From an uncultured Planctomycetota bacterium (GTDB lineage Bacteria; Planctomycetota; Planctomycetia; Isosphaerales; Isosphaeraceae), in the NCBI GenBank assembly GCA_963845755.1, contig CAWJTV010000028.1, positions 381,814 to 445,813 of the forward strand: a stretch of DNA of 64,000 bases, written 5' to 3'. The notes beneath the pieces were generated by a model. The model worked only from the letters and a program-made list of their open reading frames with translations. It did not search any database and was not told the origin of the DNA. The translations under genes were made by a program, and so were the position numbers. Every line of letters begins with the position of its first letter. Within the stretch, counting starts at the first letter, position 1. This document shows positions 1 to 9,428 of the stretch, piece after piece.

Positions 1-1
1 C

Positions 2-331
2 CCCAAGAAGTCTCTGGCTCAAGAGCAACTCGGGCTGGCTCGAGACGCCCTCAAAGTGCTTAACCAGATGTACAAGAACGGGCAAGTGTCGCTCGATGAT
101 CCCAGGATTGCTGTCTGGGAGCACCGCCAGGTCGAGGCCGTCCGCGACGCCGGAGCCGGCCGGGCCGAATTCATCGCCGCCCTCGAAGGCTACGTTACGC
201 ACAAGAGGGATTGGCAGCGGATCGCGGAGGAGCGTCATCGGGCGGCGCGAGTCGCCGAGGTGGACGTCCTTGACGCGAAATACCGCGTCCTAGATGCCGA
301 GATGTGGCTGAACCAAGAGAAGGCCCGCTGA
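2..331 (+). CDS. 5'-truncated hypothetical protein (helical C-terminus; possibly the tail of a planctomycete ECF sigma factor or secreted protein)
   Basis: Frame is open from the window edge (PKKSLAQEQLGLARDALKVLNQMYK...DAEMWLNQEKAR) to TGA at 329-331. Confidence 0.65.
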   Translation, partial: PKKSLAQEQLGLARDALKVLNQMYKNGQVSLDDPRIAVWEHRQVEAVRDAGAGRAEFIAALEGYVTHKRDWQRIAEERHRAARVAEVDVLDAKYRVLDAEMWLNQEKAR

Positions 332-464
332 GGGGCTGGCGAACTCCCGCGCGCAACGCCTCGACTCTGGTCGAGACGTGACACGCGGTCCTTGGCGCGG
401 CAGGAATGCGTAAAAGGTGATCCGGTATCGAGAGCTGACAGTCAAGCTCGCCGAGGGTCAGACC

Positions 465-1184
465 ATGCAAATGCACCGGCCTCGCTTCAGAATACGTTCT
501 CTGCTACTCATCACGGCCTTGATCGGGGGTGTACTGGCTATCTACATACATCGCGTCCAGCGCCAGCGACAGACCGTCTCCTGGGTCTCGGACCTGGGAG
601 GATCTGTCAAGTACGACTATCAGAAGGATTCGATTGACCACGCAAACGTTTTCAATCCCAGGGCGACTGAGCCAGGGCCGGGGTGGCTTCGGCAGGCGGT
701 CGGCAAAGAGTTCTTTCAGGACGTTGTGATGATCGACCTGGCCGGGAAGCCGGTCACCGACACGGACCTGGAGGAGTTGAAGAAACTGCCGAAGCTCGAG
801 AATCTGAATCTGAGCAACACGCGAGTTACCAGCGCCGGTCTGGTCCACCTCGCGGAGCTGAAGAACCTCAAGTGGTTATCCCTCTGGAACACGCAGGTGG
901 ATGACGACGGCCTACAGCATCTCGCGAGGTTGACCAAGCTCCAGTCGCTTCTTCTCGATGGGACCAAGGTGACCGATTCGGGCCTTAAGCATCTCGAAGG
1001 GTTGAAGGAACTTGATGAGTGGCTTGGACTTGTCGGCACCGGGGTGACCGATTGGGGTCTGGTGCACCTGAGGGGGTTGACCAAACTGCGACAAGTGAAC
1101 GTTCGTCAGACCAAGGTTACGGCTGCCGGAGCGAAGGATTTAAAAAAGTATCTTCCAGATGCAATGATATCTTATGGCGAATAA
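465..1184 (+). CDS. Leucine-rich repeat protein with N-terminal membrane anchor
   Basis: RFRIRSLLLITALIGGVLAIY anchor; 24-aa repeats LxxLxxLxLxxTxVTDxGLxHL. Confidence 0.9.
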   Translation: MQMHRPRFRIRSLLLITALIGGVLAIYIHRVQRQRQTVSWVSDLGGSVKYDYQKDSIDHANVFNPRATEPGPGWLRQAVGKEFFQDVVMIDLAGKPVTDTDLEELKKLPKLENLNLSNTRVTSAGLVHLAELKNLKWLSLWNTQVDDDGLQHLARLTKLQSLLLDGTKVTDSGLKHLEGLKELDEWLGLVGTGVTDWGLVHLRGLTKLRQVNVRQTKVTAAGAKDLKKYLPDAMISYGE

Positions 1185-1355
1185 GCGAGCCGTCACAGCA
1201 AGCATTTGATGAACACGTCGATCACACCGACGCGCGTAACACGTAACCATTCCGATCCGCCTTGAACCTACCAATCGTTCATACCCGTCCTGAACGATTG
1301 GGCGCCCTATCTTGATGCCTCCGTCCCAGAGAGCTTAGCCATTTCAGGATTGATG

Positions 1356-1391
1356 CCACGAGATTTCGTGTGCGTCCATGAAATCTCGTTG
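1356..1391 (+). promoter_or_regulatory. Tandem imperfect palindromes: putative sigma54 activator binding sites (UAS)
   Basis: CCACGAGATTTCGTGT (1356) and CCATGAAATCTCGTTG (1376), 20 bp apart; matches the pair at 4217/4237. Confidence 0.7.
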
Positions 1392-1501
1392 GCGCGGATC
1401 TAAAGGTGATTCATGACAGTCCTGGGACTGACACCAGAGACATGCTCCAAAATACGTTGAAGTGAGACGTTGCGGCCGCGCACCGGAAACGACGCGAGGA
1501 A

Positions 1502-1517
1502 CGGCATGGCCTTCGCT
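1502..1517 (+). promoter_or_regulatory. sigma54 -24/-12 promoter upstream of the STAS gene
   Basis: cGGCATGGCCTTCGCt = GG-N10-GC, about 40 bp upstream of the ATG at 1557. Confidence 0.7.
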
Positions 1518-1556
1518 TGTACCTTTGCAGTCAAGAACCAATGAACTGGGTTACCG

Positions 1557-1829
1557 ATGCTGAGAATTTCGGTTTCCGAACAGGCCCCGTCGTGCCGCAT
1601 CATCAAACTCGAAGGCAAGCTGCTCCAAGCGTGGATTGATGAGGTGCGCCGCCTTTGCGTCGAGACCGAGGAAGGTTCATTTCCCAGCCTTGATTTGTCA
1701 AGTCTTAGTTTTGTAGACCGTGCCGGCGCCGAAATGTTGCAGCAGCTTCTGCGGCAAGGTGTTCGGATTCACTCCTGGTCTCCGTTCGTGGCGGAGTTGC
1801 TGCATTTGGACCGCGAAGCAAATCCCTAA
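1557..1829 (+). CDS. Small STAS-domain (anti-sigma antagonist-like) protein
   Basis: IIKLEGKL...SLDLSSLSFVDRAGAEMLQQL matches the STAS pattern DLSxLxFVDxxG. Confidence 0.85.
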   Translation: MLRISVSEQAPSCRIIKLEGKLLQAWIDEVRRLCVETEEGSFPSLDLSSLSFVDRAGAEMLQQLLRQGVRIHSWSPFVAELLHLDREANP

Positions 1830-1990
1830 CGCGACCTTCGGCCGCAACCCCATCGGGATTCCCGATTCGCGATTCCGGATTCCCGAAGGGGAATGATCCG
1901 GGAATCGGGAATCTCGAATCCGGAATTCGGAATTCCCAGATGCGCGCACGCCGCAGGGAGCCTTCGGTGGAAGACTCTAAACTCATGATC
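1828..1990 (+). repeat. ~160 bp dispersed structured repeat, copy 1
   Basis: AACGCGACCTTCGGCCGCAACCC head; inverted heptamer arrays (nnGATTC)n/(GAATCnn)n; tail CAGATGCGCG...ACTCT...TGATC; homologous to the reverse complement of 39799-39955. Confidence 0.8.
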
Positions 1991-2004
1991 GAATGACCTC
2001 CCGG

Positions 2005-4025
2005 TTAGCCTTCATAGGGCGCTCGGGCGATGCCGAGCTTTTTCATTCGGCTGCGGAGCGTGTTGGGATGGAGGGCGAGGATCTTCGCCGCGCCGTGGGG
2101 GCCGTCAATGATCCAACTCGACTGCTCAAGGGCAGCCAGAATGTGGTTTCGTGTGTTGGCTTCCAGGCTTTCGAGCGGCGTAGTCTGTCGCACGCCAGGT
2201 ACAGCCAGACCCTCGTTTTCTGAACCTGGCGGCCTTGGCGGATTAGCGCTCAGAGGGCGATCTGCCGGTGCTGAGGCGAACACTTCTGGATCGATCTCGA
2301 GCGTCGGGCCGTTCGACAGAATGACCGCCCGTTCCAGAACGTTCTCCAGTTCGCGAATGTTTCCCGGCCAGGAATAGCGGCTTAGTCGCTCCAGGGTCGC
2401 CTTTCCGACCGACTCGATCCGCACGCCGACGCGGGCCGCGAACCGGGTCACCAGGAAATGCACCAACAGCCGCACGTCCCCCTCCCGGTCGCGCAGCGAA
2501 GGAAGCGCGATCGGAAAGACGTTCAGGCGGTAAAACAAGTCCTCGCGGAACTTCCCCTCGCGGATTAACTTCACGAGGTCCCGGTTTGTTGCCGCAATGA
2601 CGCGGACATCGACCTTGATCGGCTCGGCTCCTCCAACACGCTCGAACTCTCGTTCCTGAAGCACGCGGAGAAGTTTGACCTGAACCTCGATCGGAACTTC
2701 GCCGATCTCATCCAGGAAAATCGTCCCCCCGTGGGCCAATTCGAAAGCGCCCCACGCGGCGGCTGATCGCTCCCGAAAACGCACCTTTTTCGTGGCCGAA
2801 CAATTCGGACTCGACCAAGCCGCTGGGCAGAGCCGCACAGTTCAGCTTGATGAGCGGTTTATCGTGCCTGCGACTGGCGGAGTGGATGGCGCGGGCGATC
2901 AGTTCCTTGCCGGTTCCCGTCTCCCCGGTGATGAGAACAGACGCGTCGGTTTTGGCGACACGATTGACCTTGTCGAGCGCCTCCAGCAGGGCCGGGCTTT
3001 GGCCGACGATCTCGTCGAAGTTGTGAACGGATTTGATTTCTTCCTGAAGGTAGACGTTTTCGGCAGCGAGGCGGGCCTTTTCCTGTTCCATCAAGACAAG
3101 GTCGGTGATGTCCACGAACATCGAGCGTGTGTATTTGCCGCCGGGTTCCGGCTTCGACCACCACTGCACCCAGACGGGTTTGCCGTTGTCTTTGCGGCGA
3201 TACTCCAACACGGCGCCACGAGTGTCCGTGCCGCGGCCGACCGACGCGAACGCCTCTTGGACGCGGCGCTGGGCGTCGGGCGTGTCAGAGACGAGCGATA
3301 TCCCCACCAGGCCGGGCACCTCTTCCGGCTTGATCCCCAGAATGCGCTGTGCGGCACGGTTGGCGCTGATAAACCGCGATTGGAGGTCTTCTTTGACGTA
3401 AGCGATCGGGGCTTCTTCATACAAGTCCCGCAGACGCTCCTCGCTGGCGCGAAGCTCCCACTCCAGGTGAAGGCGTGCCAGCTCCGCAGCCGCGCCGCCG
3501 CGAAGATGCGAAAAATGAGCAGCTTGCGCGGCTCCTCCGGCATCGAACGGTCGTCGAAGACGGCGAGATGGCCGAGAACCTTGCCTTCCGGATCGCACAG
3601 CGGCACTCCCAGGTAACTTTCGATTCCCCACTCGACCAGGAGTCTGTCTTCTGGAAAATTTTGCCGTACCCCCGAGGGATGGTGGCACAGTTTGCCGTGG
3701 ACCACGTCTTCACAGGGCGTGCCCGCGAGCGTCCACTCGATATTCTCAGCAATACCGTCTCTGGACCAAAAGGCGATGGTGCGGGCCCGGGTACGGGTTT
3801 CGGGCGAGGTGAACTCGGCGACGAAGGCGTAGTGCGCACCGACTGCCTGTGCCAGGTGACGGACGAGGGTTTGAAGAAACTCCCGCCGGTGCAATGAGCG
3901 GTCCCCTCGACGATCACACGGAGTGCGGCGAGTTCTTCAACGACCCCGCGGAGCAAGTCGTCGGAGTCGTTAGGGGTAGTTCGCTTCTCTGCCGCTTTTG
4001 TCGAAGTTGTGCGCGTCTCGGCCAT
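2005..4025 (-). CDS. sigma54-dependent enhancer-binding protein, FhlA-like (GAF-PAS-AAA+-Fis HTH); 3 apparent frameshifts
   Basis: Joined ORFs 3417-4031, 3091-3894, 2708-3688 and 2005-2838: GAF (TPCEDVV...ESYLGVPL), [56 protein letters not shown]. Confidence 0.92.
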
Positions 4026-4216
4026 AGACACCTGCCTGACGACGAAGGCCCCAGTCAGTCATCCCCCCGAATGATCGAATCGGCGCACGGTTTCGCGGGA
4101 CGGTCGGCTGGTCATCATTTTACCTATTGTCAGCAAGAAACCGTAGCCGTCGCGCGCGACATTCCCGCCCTTTGTTCGCTGACAAGGTTACCGGTCGCCG
4201 AACGCGCGTGTTGATC

Positions 4217-4252
4217 CCACGAAATGCCGTACGCTTCCACGAAATATCGCGA
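4217..4252 (+). promoter_or_regulatory. Tandem putative activator binding sites (UAS), second pair
   Basis: CCACGAAATGCCGTAC (4217) and CCACGAAATATCGCGA (4237), 20 bp apart. Confidence 0.7.
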
Positions 4253-4362
4253 CGGTGGAGGTCCGGGTAGTACAGGACCAGCTCATACTTTCCGCCGTGG
4301 ATCTGACCAAAACTTGCTGTACGCAACAAGTTACGACCGCGCTCGGGTAACGCTCCAGGAGA

Positions 4363-4378
4363 TGGCATAGCGTTCGCG
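4363..4378 (+). promoter_or_regulatory. sigma54 -24/-12 promoter divergent from the activator gene
   Basis: TGGCATAGCGTTCGCG = GG-N10-GC; 127 bp from the second UAS, the same spacing as at 1376/1503. Confidence 0.7.
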
Positions 4379-4421
4379 TTGTACGCGTTCACACCTCGGT
4401 CAACAATTGTCCGAGATTATC

Positions 4422-4725
4422 ACTCGTTCCCACGCTCGGCGTGGGAATGCCGTCTGCGACGCTCCGCGTCGTCTTCGTCTTGGATTTCCAGCGACCCGTC
4501 GGTTGTCACCGAAACCCAGGACTCCGTCTCGGCAGGGTTGCGGGCGTCGGAGGATCTCCCAGGCGTCGGATCGAAGGGGAGCCCCGCTCCACCGGCTTCT
4601 CGGAGATGTCGCTCAACTTCTGGCTCATCATCGCGTCGGTCCCAAGGATTCTCGGAGGCCTGACTTCGAAGAGGACGACGCCGAGCGTCGCAGACGGCAT
4701 TCCCACGCCGAGCGTGGGAACGAGT
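4422..4725. repeat. REP/MITE-like element with ~52 bp inverted arms
   Basis: ACTCGTTCCCACGCTCGGCGTGGGAATGCCGTCTGCGACGCTCCGCGTCGTC at 4422 and its reverse complement (1 mismatch) ending at 4725; each arm is itself palindromic. Confidence 0.9.
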
Positions 4726-4816
4726 CATCGCGTTCCGACGGGGTAATCGGCGGTTTCGATGCCGAATGTCACATAGGTTGGCATTGATATTTCCTGATGC
4801 CTGAGAACCAGGCATC

Positions 4817-5149
4817 TTACAACTGTCGATCAGGGTGTGAACGGGTACGAAAATTTTGGTGTGCGATCAACTTGATGGCTGACCGATCGGCCCGAGTCGT
4901 CTCGATCAAAGCTGCCGATGTGCTGGGCGTCAACTCCTGGCTCCCGCGATAGACAGCCTGGATTGCATTGCGCCCGATCGGCAGTCTCTCAGTGATGAAC
5001 TCGGCCTTCCCTCGGCGAAGGGGCACGATTCCCAGAATGGTCGCGCCCTCCTCGAATGTGACAGATCCCGTGGGAGTCCCCCGGACAGCGCGATAATCGC
5101 GGTCGAACACCATGGATTGATGGAAGCATGATGGGCCGAGACTCCACAA
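4817..5149 (-). pseudogene. Isolated bacterial Ig-like (Big_3-type) domain fragment
   Basis: TPTGSVTFEEGATILGIVPL...LPIGRNAIQAVYRG...PSTS matches the Ig-like group 3 repeat; no credible N-terminus. Confidence 0.6.
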
Positions 5150-5399
5150 CGAGAATTCCGAGTTTGCATGATCGGAGCCGGCATTGGCTGGAACTTGCCG
5201 ATCTGTGCATAATCTGGATCTAGAGTCTATGCCCTTCGTCTCTCCTCATCATGGGTGCATCCTAAAATTCCTCGATCCAAGCTTCAAGTTGCCCTGTCAC
5301 GATGATTCCGGAGTTCGAAATCTTGAAGCCCGAATCTCGAATCCCAGCGTAATTACGTCGAAGCTGTCCCATTGAAGGGTTTTGCAGCGAGCTTCGCCG

Positions 5400-6638
5400 T
5401 CAATTCCGGGACGGCGATCCGAACCCACGCGCCGGCGTGCGTTTCGATTCCGCCGGTTCGGGTACCCAATCGCTCTCCAGCCGGTCGGATCGACGCAGGG
5501 CGATGCGATAGCCCCCACCGACCACGAGCGCGGCGCCGAGAAGCGTCGGGAGGGCGGAATCGCGATCGTCTGAAGGTCTGTGGAGCTGCGAGGAATCGAG
5601 GTCATCGAGCGCCACATCGATCAACTCCATGTCGGCAGCGATGGGGAGCGGACCGAGTTCCGGCGCGGAAGGAGTCCGGAAGACACCCGGGCCGCTCGTG
5701 GACCCACCCGAGGAGTCAGTCGGTTTCCGACTGCCCGGCGAGGATGCCGGGCCTTGCCCTTGCTGCGAGGATGCGGGATTCTGAGGCGAGGATTGCCCAT
5801 AGGGCTTCTGTCCGGCCGCCCCACCGATCGACTGTCCGGCCGCCCCGCCGATCTCTTGAGCGGTCGGACCATTCGGCTGCTGTCCGGCTGCGCCAGCCGG
5901 CGGAGTCTGAGCGCCGGACTGGGTCTGCGCCGGCTGTCCGGTCGGCGGCTGTTCGGTTGCAGGCGGTTGAGTCGGCTCGACCTGATCGATGGTTTTCGGA
6001 GGCTCAGGACCAACCGGGCTGACGGGCTGGTCAAGCGAACTGGGACTCGGATTGGCACTGCCTTGCCCAAATTGGTTCACCACCAACGGCACTTCCTGGA
6101 AGGTTGGGACCTGGACCATGCTATTCGAGACCGGGGGCGCGATCATCGTGGACAGTTGAAAGTGGTTCGTTGTCAGCGGAGGAGGCGTGATCCAAACCGT
6201 TCCGGTGAGCAACGTCCCGTTGTTCAGAGGCGTCTCGGTTGCGGAAAGCAAGGGCGGGATTAACGGCGTGATCGGCAAGGACAACAGGCCCGATGATACC
6301 GTCAACGGGCCCGCCGAGGTGACCACGTTGGCGGAACCGATGCTCAGGTTGTCAAGCAGACCGGTGACCGGAAGTGCGGATTGAAGGAACTGGACCCCGC
6401 CTGTACCGGTCGTTTGAACGCTCACACCCGAGCCCAAACTTTCGAACATCCCCGCCGCATTCCCGGGTTGCCTACTCGCGCCAATGGCGACCGGCTCCGA
6501 GGCCGGTTCGGGGACGATGGGCGGCCCGGCCGACAAAAGGTGGTGCGCCTCCAGCTCCTCATGGATCAAGGGAAAACGGCTGGAACGCCGTGATTCCATG
6601 CGCTCGCTCGCCGGACGAATCAAGTCCAAGCTCCTCAT
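5400..6638 (-). CDS. Planctomycete extracellular protein with low-complexity P/Q/G linker and C-terminal membrane anchor
   Basis: EELEAHHLLS (LExRxLL-like motif), QSIGGAAG repeats, LPTLLGAALVVGGGYRIALRR C-terminal TM. Confidence 0.75.
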   Translation of the reverse strand: MRSLDLIRPASERMESRRSSRFPLIHEELEAHHLLSAGPPIVPEPASEPVAIGASRQPGNAAGMFESLGSGVSVQTTGTGGVQFLQSALPVTGLLDNLSIGSANVVTSAGPLTVSSGLLSLPITPLIPPLLSATETPLNNGTLLTGTVWITPPPLTTNHFQLSTMIAPPVSNSMVQVPTFQEVPLVVNQFGQGSANPSPSSLDQPVSPVGPEPPKTIDQVEPTQPPATEQPPTGQPAQTQSGAQTPPAGAAGQQPNGPTAQEIGGAAGQSIGGAAGQKPYGQSSPQNPASSQQGQGPASSPGSRKPTDSSGGSTSGPGVFRTPSAPELGPLPIAADMELIDVALDDLDSSQLHRPSDDRDSALPTLLGAALVVGGGYRIALRRSDRLESDWVPEPAESKRTPARGFGSPSRN

Positions 6639-7339
6639 GACTCACCTCATTGATGTTGCGCATGCCATGGGTCAAGTGATCGCACGACCGGCCGAGGTCC
6701 GGTCGCGTTTCGATCGCGGGATTGCCGTCCCACCTATCGGCGGGATCGGCCGGCCGAACCCGCGACTCCGACCATTCACCCTCGGTCCCAGTCGAACCTG
6801 ACATGACGACTATTTTACATCCTTGAACATGATAATCTGGCTCGAACGAGAATCGGACTGGCGGCCAGTCATCAAATCAAAGGGACCTCTTGGGGGTACT
6901 CCTCACCAAGCTTCAGCGGGCACCCAGGCGGGTGGAGACCGTGGATGATCCCACCATTCGCACTGCTGGTAATCTTGCGTCCGTGAGTCCATTATTCGAT
7001 CGATCCATCAGCAAGTCTACGTAACTTTACGAGCATTCCTCATGCCAGAACCAACCAGACGTCCGTGAGGTTGGTTATGGCGGAGAGTCCGCGTCGGCGG
7101 GAATCCGGTTCGCGTCCGGATCGATCCTCTCGAAGCGGGAGCCGAACACTCGATCAACGACTGGGTTATGGAGCTTTTTTCATCCCGGCGATCAGAATGG
7201 TTGGGCAGGAAATCGGCAATTCCCAAGAGGCTCCGTGGTGACTCCGGCATTTTTCGGGAACGCCGCGGGATTGGTCCGGGCTTCTGGCTGCATTTTACTG
7301 TAAGACGTCTGGCACGTGCTGGAGTGAGAGGACAACCGG

Positions 7340-8710
7340 ATGAGGGGGCTGAAACGAGTTCAGGGCACGCCAAATCTCGAGCTTCTCCTTCGAGATGGCG
7401 TGGCGACCGGCCTGACCGACCAGGAGTTGCTGGAGCGGTTCGCGGAAAACCGCGACTCGTCCGGGGAACTTGCCTTCACAACCCTGGTCGCGCGGCACGG
7501 ACCCATGGTCCTGAGCGTTTGCCGGCGGATCCTTCCGAATCCGGCTGACGTTGACGACGCCTTCCAGGCCACGTTCCTGGTTCTCGTCCGCCGCGCCGGT
7601 TCGGTTCGCTTCAGAACCTCTTTAGGACCATGGCTTTACGGCGTGAGCATTCGCGTGGCGCGGCGGATCCGGGACGTGGGACTGCGACGATCTGGTGCCG
7701 GAACGGATGGCGAGACCCTGGAAGCGATTCCCGATCCCAGGGCCGGCATTCTTTCGAACGTTGACCTACGACTTGCCATCGACGAGGGACTGGACCATCT
7801 CCCGGATGGATATCGATCGGCGGTCGTGCTGTGCCATCTCGAGGGGTTGACCCACGAGGAGGCCGCGGACCGGCTCGAGTGTCCCGTGGGCACGGTCCGT
7901 AGCCGGTTGGCCCGGGGCCGAGCCTTGCTCCGAGGCCACCTCGAGCGGCTGGGACTCGGTCCTCCCACCGGAATCTCCAAACCCGTCCCGCGAGCCAATC
8001 GCGATGGCGCGCTGCCCATCGTCGCGGCTCACTTGATCGAGACCACGGCCCAGGCCGCGGCGCGACTCGCGGCGGGCCAGCCGCTGGCCGAGACGCTCTC
8101 GACCCGGCTCGCTGGGATAGTCGCAGGAGTTACCCGATCCATGATGATTTCCAAGATCACGCTTAGCCTATCGTTGTTCGCCGTGACGATCCTGGCCGCC
8201 TGGGGCGTCTCCGTCGGGCTGGCCGCCCCTCAAACGCCCGCACCGGGAACATTCGTCGAACCCGCCCCATCGACAGGGTCGCTCTTGCTCGCCGCGGCAC
8301 AGGACCCATCCGACCGGGCCAAGAAAGCAAGCCGTCCGGCTCCAGAGGACAAGGCCAAGGTCGATCCGGCGTGACTCGCCGAGATCCCCGCCGTCGTCGT
8401 TCGCGTCGAACCGCCACTCGGCGCCACCGGCGTCGATCCGGAACTCCGCGAGATCCGCGTCACGTTCAGCAAACGGATGAAAGACGGGAACTGGTCCTGG
8501 GTCACTTACGATCCGGACAGGTTCCCCAAGGTCGAAGGTAAGATTCATTACGATAAAGATCGTCTCACCTGCGTTTTGCCGGTGAAACTCGAGCCTGGCA
8601 AGACCTATTTGATCGGAATCAATGCGGAGCGGTTCCGCAATTTCAAAGACCTGAACGGCCAACCGGCACTGCCGTACATCGTAGCCTTTCGCACTCGCGC
8701 AGCCCGTTGA
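7340..8710 (+). CDS. ECF sigma factor with TM and C-terminal Ig-like (Big_5-type) extension; frameshift near 8370
   Basis: AFTTLVARHGPMVLSVCRR, DAFQATFLVL, GTVRSRLARGR, a TM segment, then in the shifted frame VVRVEPPLGATGVDP...VTFSKRM...VKLEPGKTY. Confidence 0.88.
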
Positions 8711-9144
8711 GTTGATCGACCACTTCAATCGCCATATCATGCGTGGGGCTCGGTGGCGAACCGTTCACGCAGTCGCTTGGAGCACCCACCTGGCCAGGGA
8801 GGGCCGTCCGCTGCGTGATTCTCCACTCTGGTCCAAGACTCCACATTCCTGTCGGGCATTCGCGTCCGGAATCAAATCGTTTCGACAGGTCACGCGATTT
8901 GATCGCGTCGTCCTCTACTCCGACGGCTCTCGGCTCCGGCATCCTACAGTTTTCGACGAACGCGAGTGACATCGGAATCCTGATCACCCGCGTCCGCCTC
9001 CTTCCCGTCCCTCGCCAGGCCGACGGCCCCGCGCAATCCACAGCCCTATTTTTCTTGAAAAAAATTTTATCTCCAACTCCTGTTGAGGGTTCGGGAACGA
9101 AAAATCGTAATTATGGGCATAGGTGCATTAACGGTTTTCTAAAG

Positions 9145-9175
9145 TTGCGGCATCCTCTATAGTAGAGGGCCGCAA
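9145..9175. other. Strong hairpin in an AT-rich intergenic patch between convergent genes
   Basis: TTGCGGC-at-CCTCTA-tag-TAGAGG-GCCGCAA. Confidence 0.45.
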
Positions 9176-9428
9176 AATCACTTCCCCGCAGCCTCCGAGC
9201 CACCATCAAGCGATGTCAGAGGATACCGGAACCCGTCACCGTGGGCCGATGGCTGGCCGCACGTCACGTGCGTACCGACTTGGCAGGCGGTCGTCCCGAA
9301 CTCGCTTCCGGCCAACGAGATCGGGGATGGGGACCTTCCCCATTTGTTACTTAGTGGGCCACTTTGTGCCACGATTCGCGCCGCAGGCCGGCAGTCCCAC
9401 CACCCGGACGTCGTGGGGATCGCCGATC

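Noticed and set aside
1855..1940. Heptamer arrays, and the 4422-4725 repeats, as a CRISPR array
   Set aside because: No repeat-spacer periodicity and no cas genes
5808..5856. 24 bp tandem repeat
   Set aside because: Coding repeat (xIGGAAGQ) within a low-complexity linker
8712..9162. Short ORFs between the ECF sigma and HEAT genes
   Set aside because: No recognisable motifs or RBS; treated as intergenic
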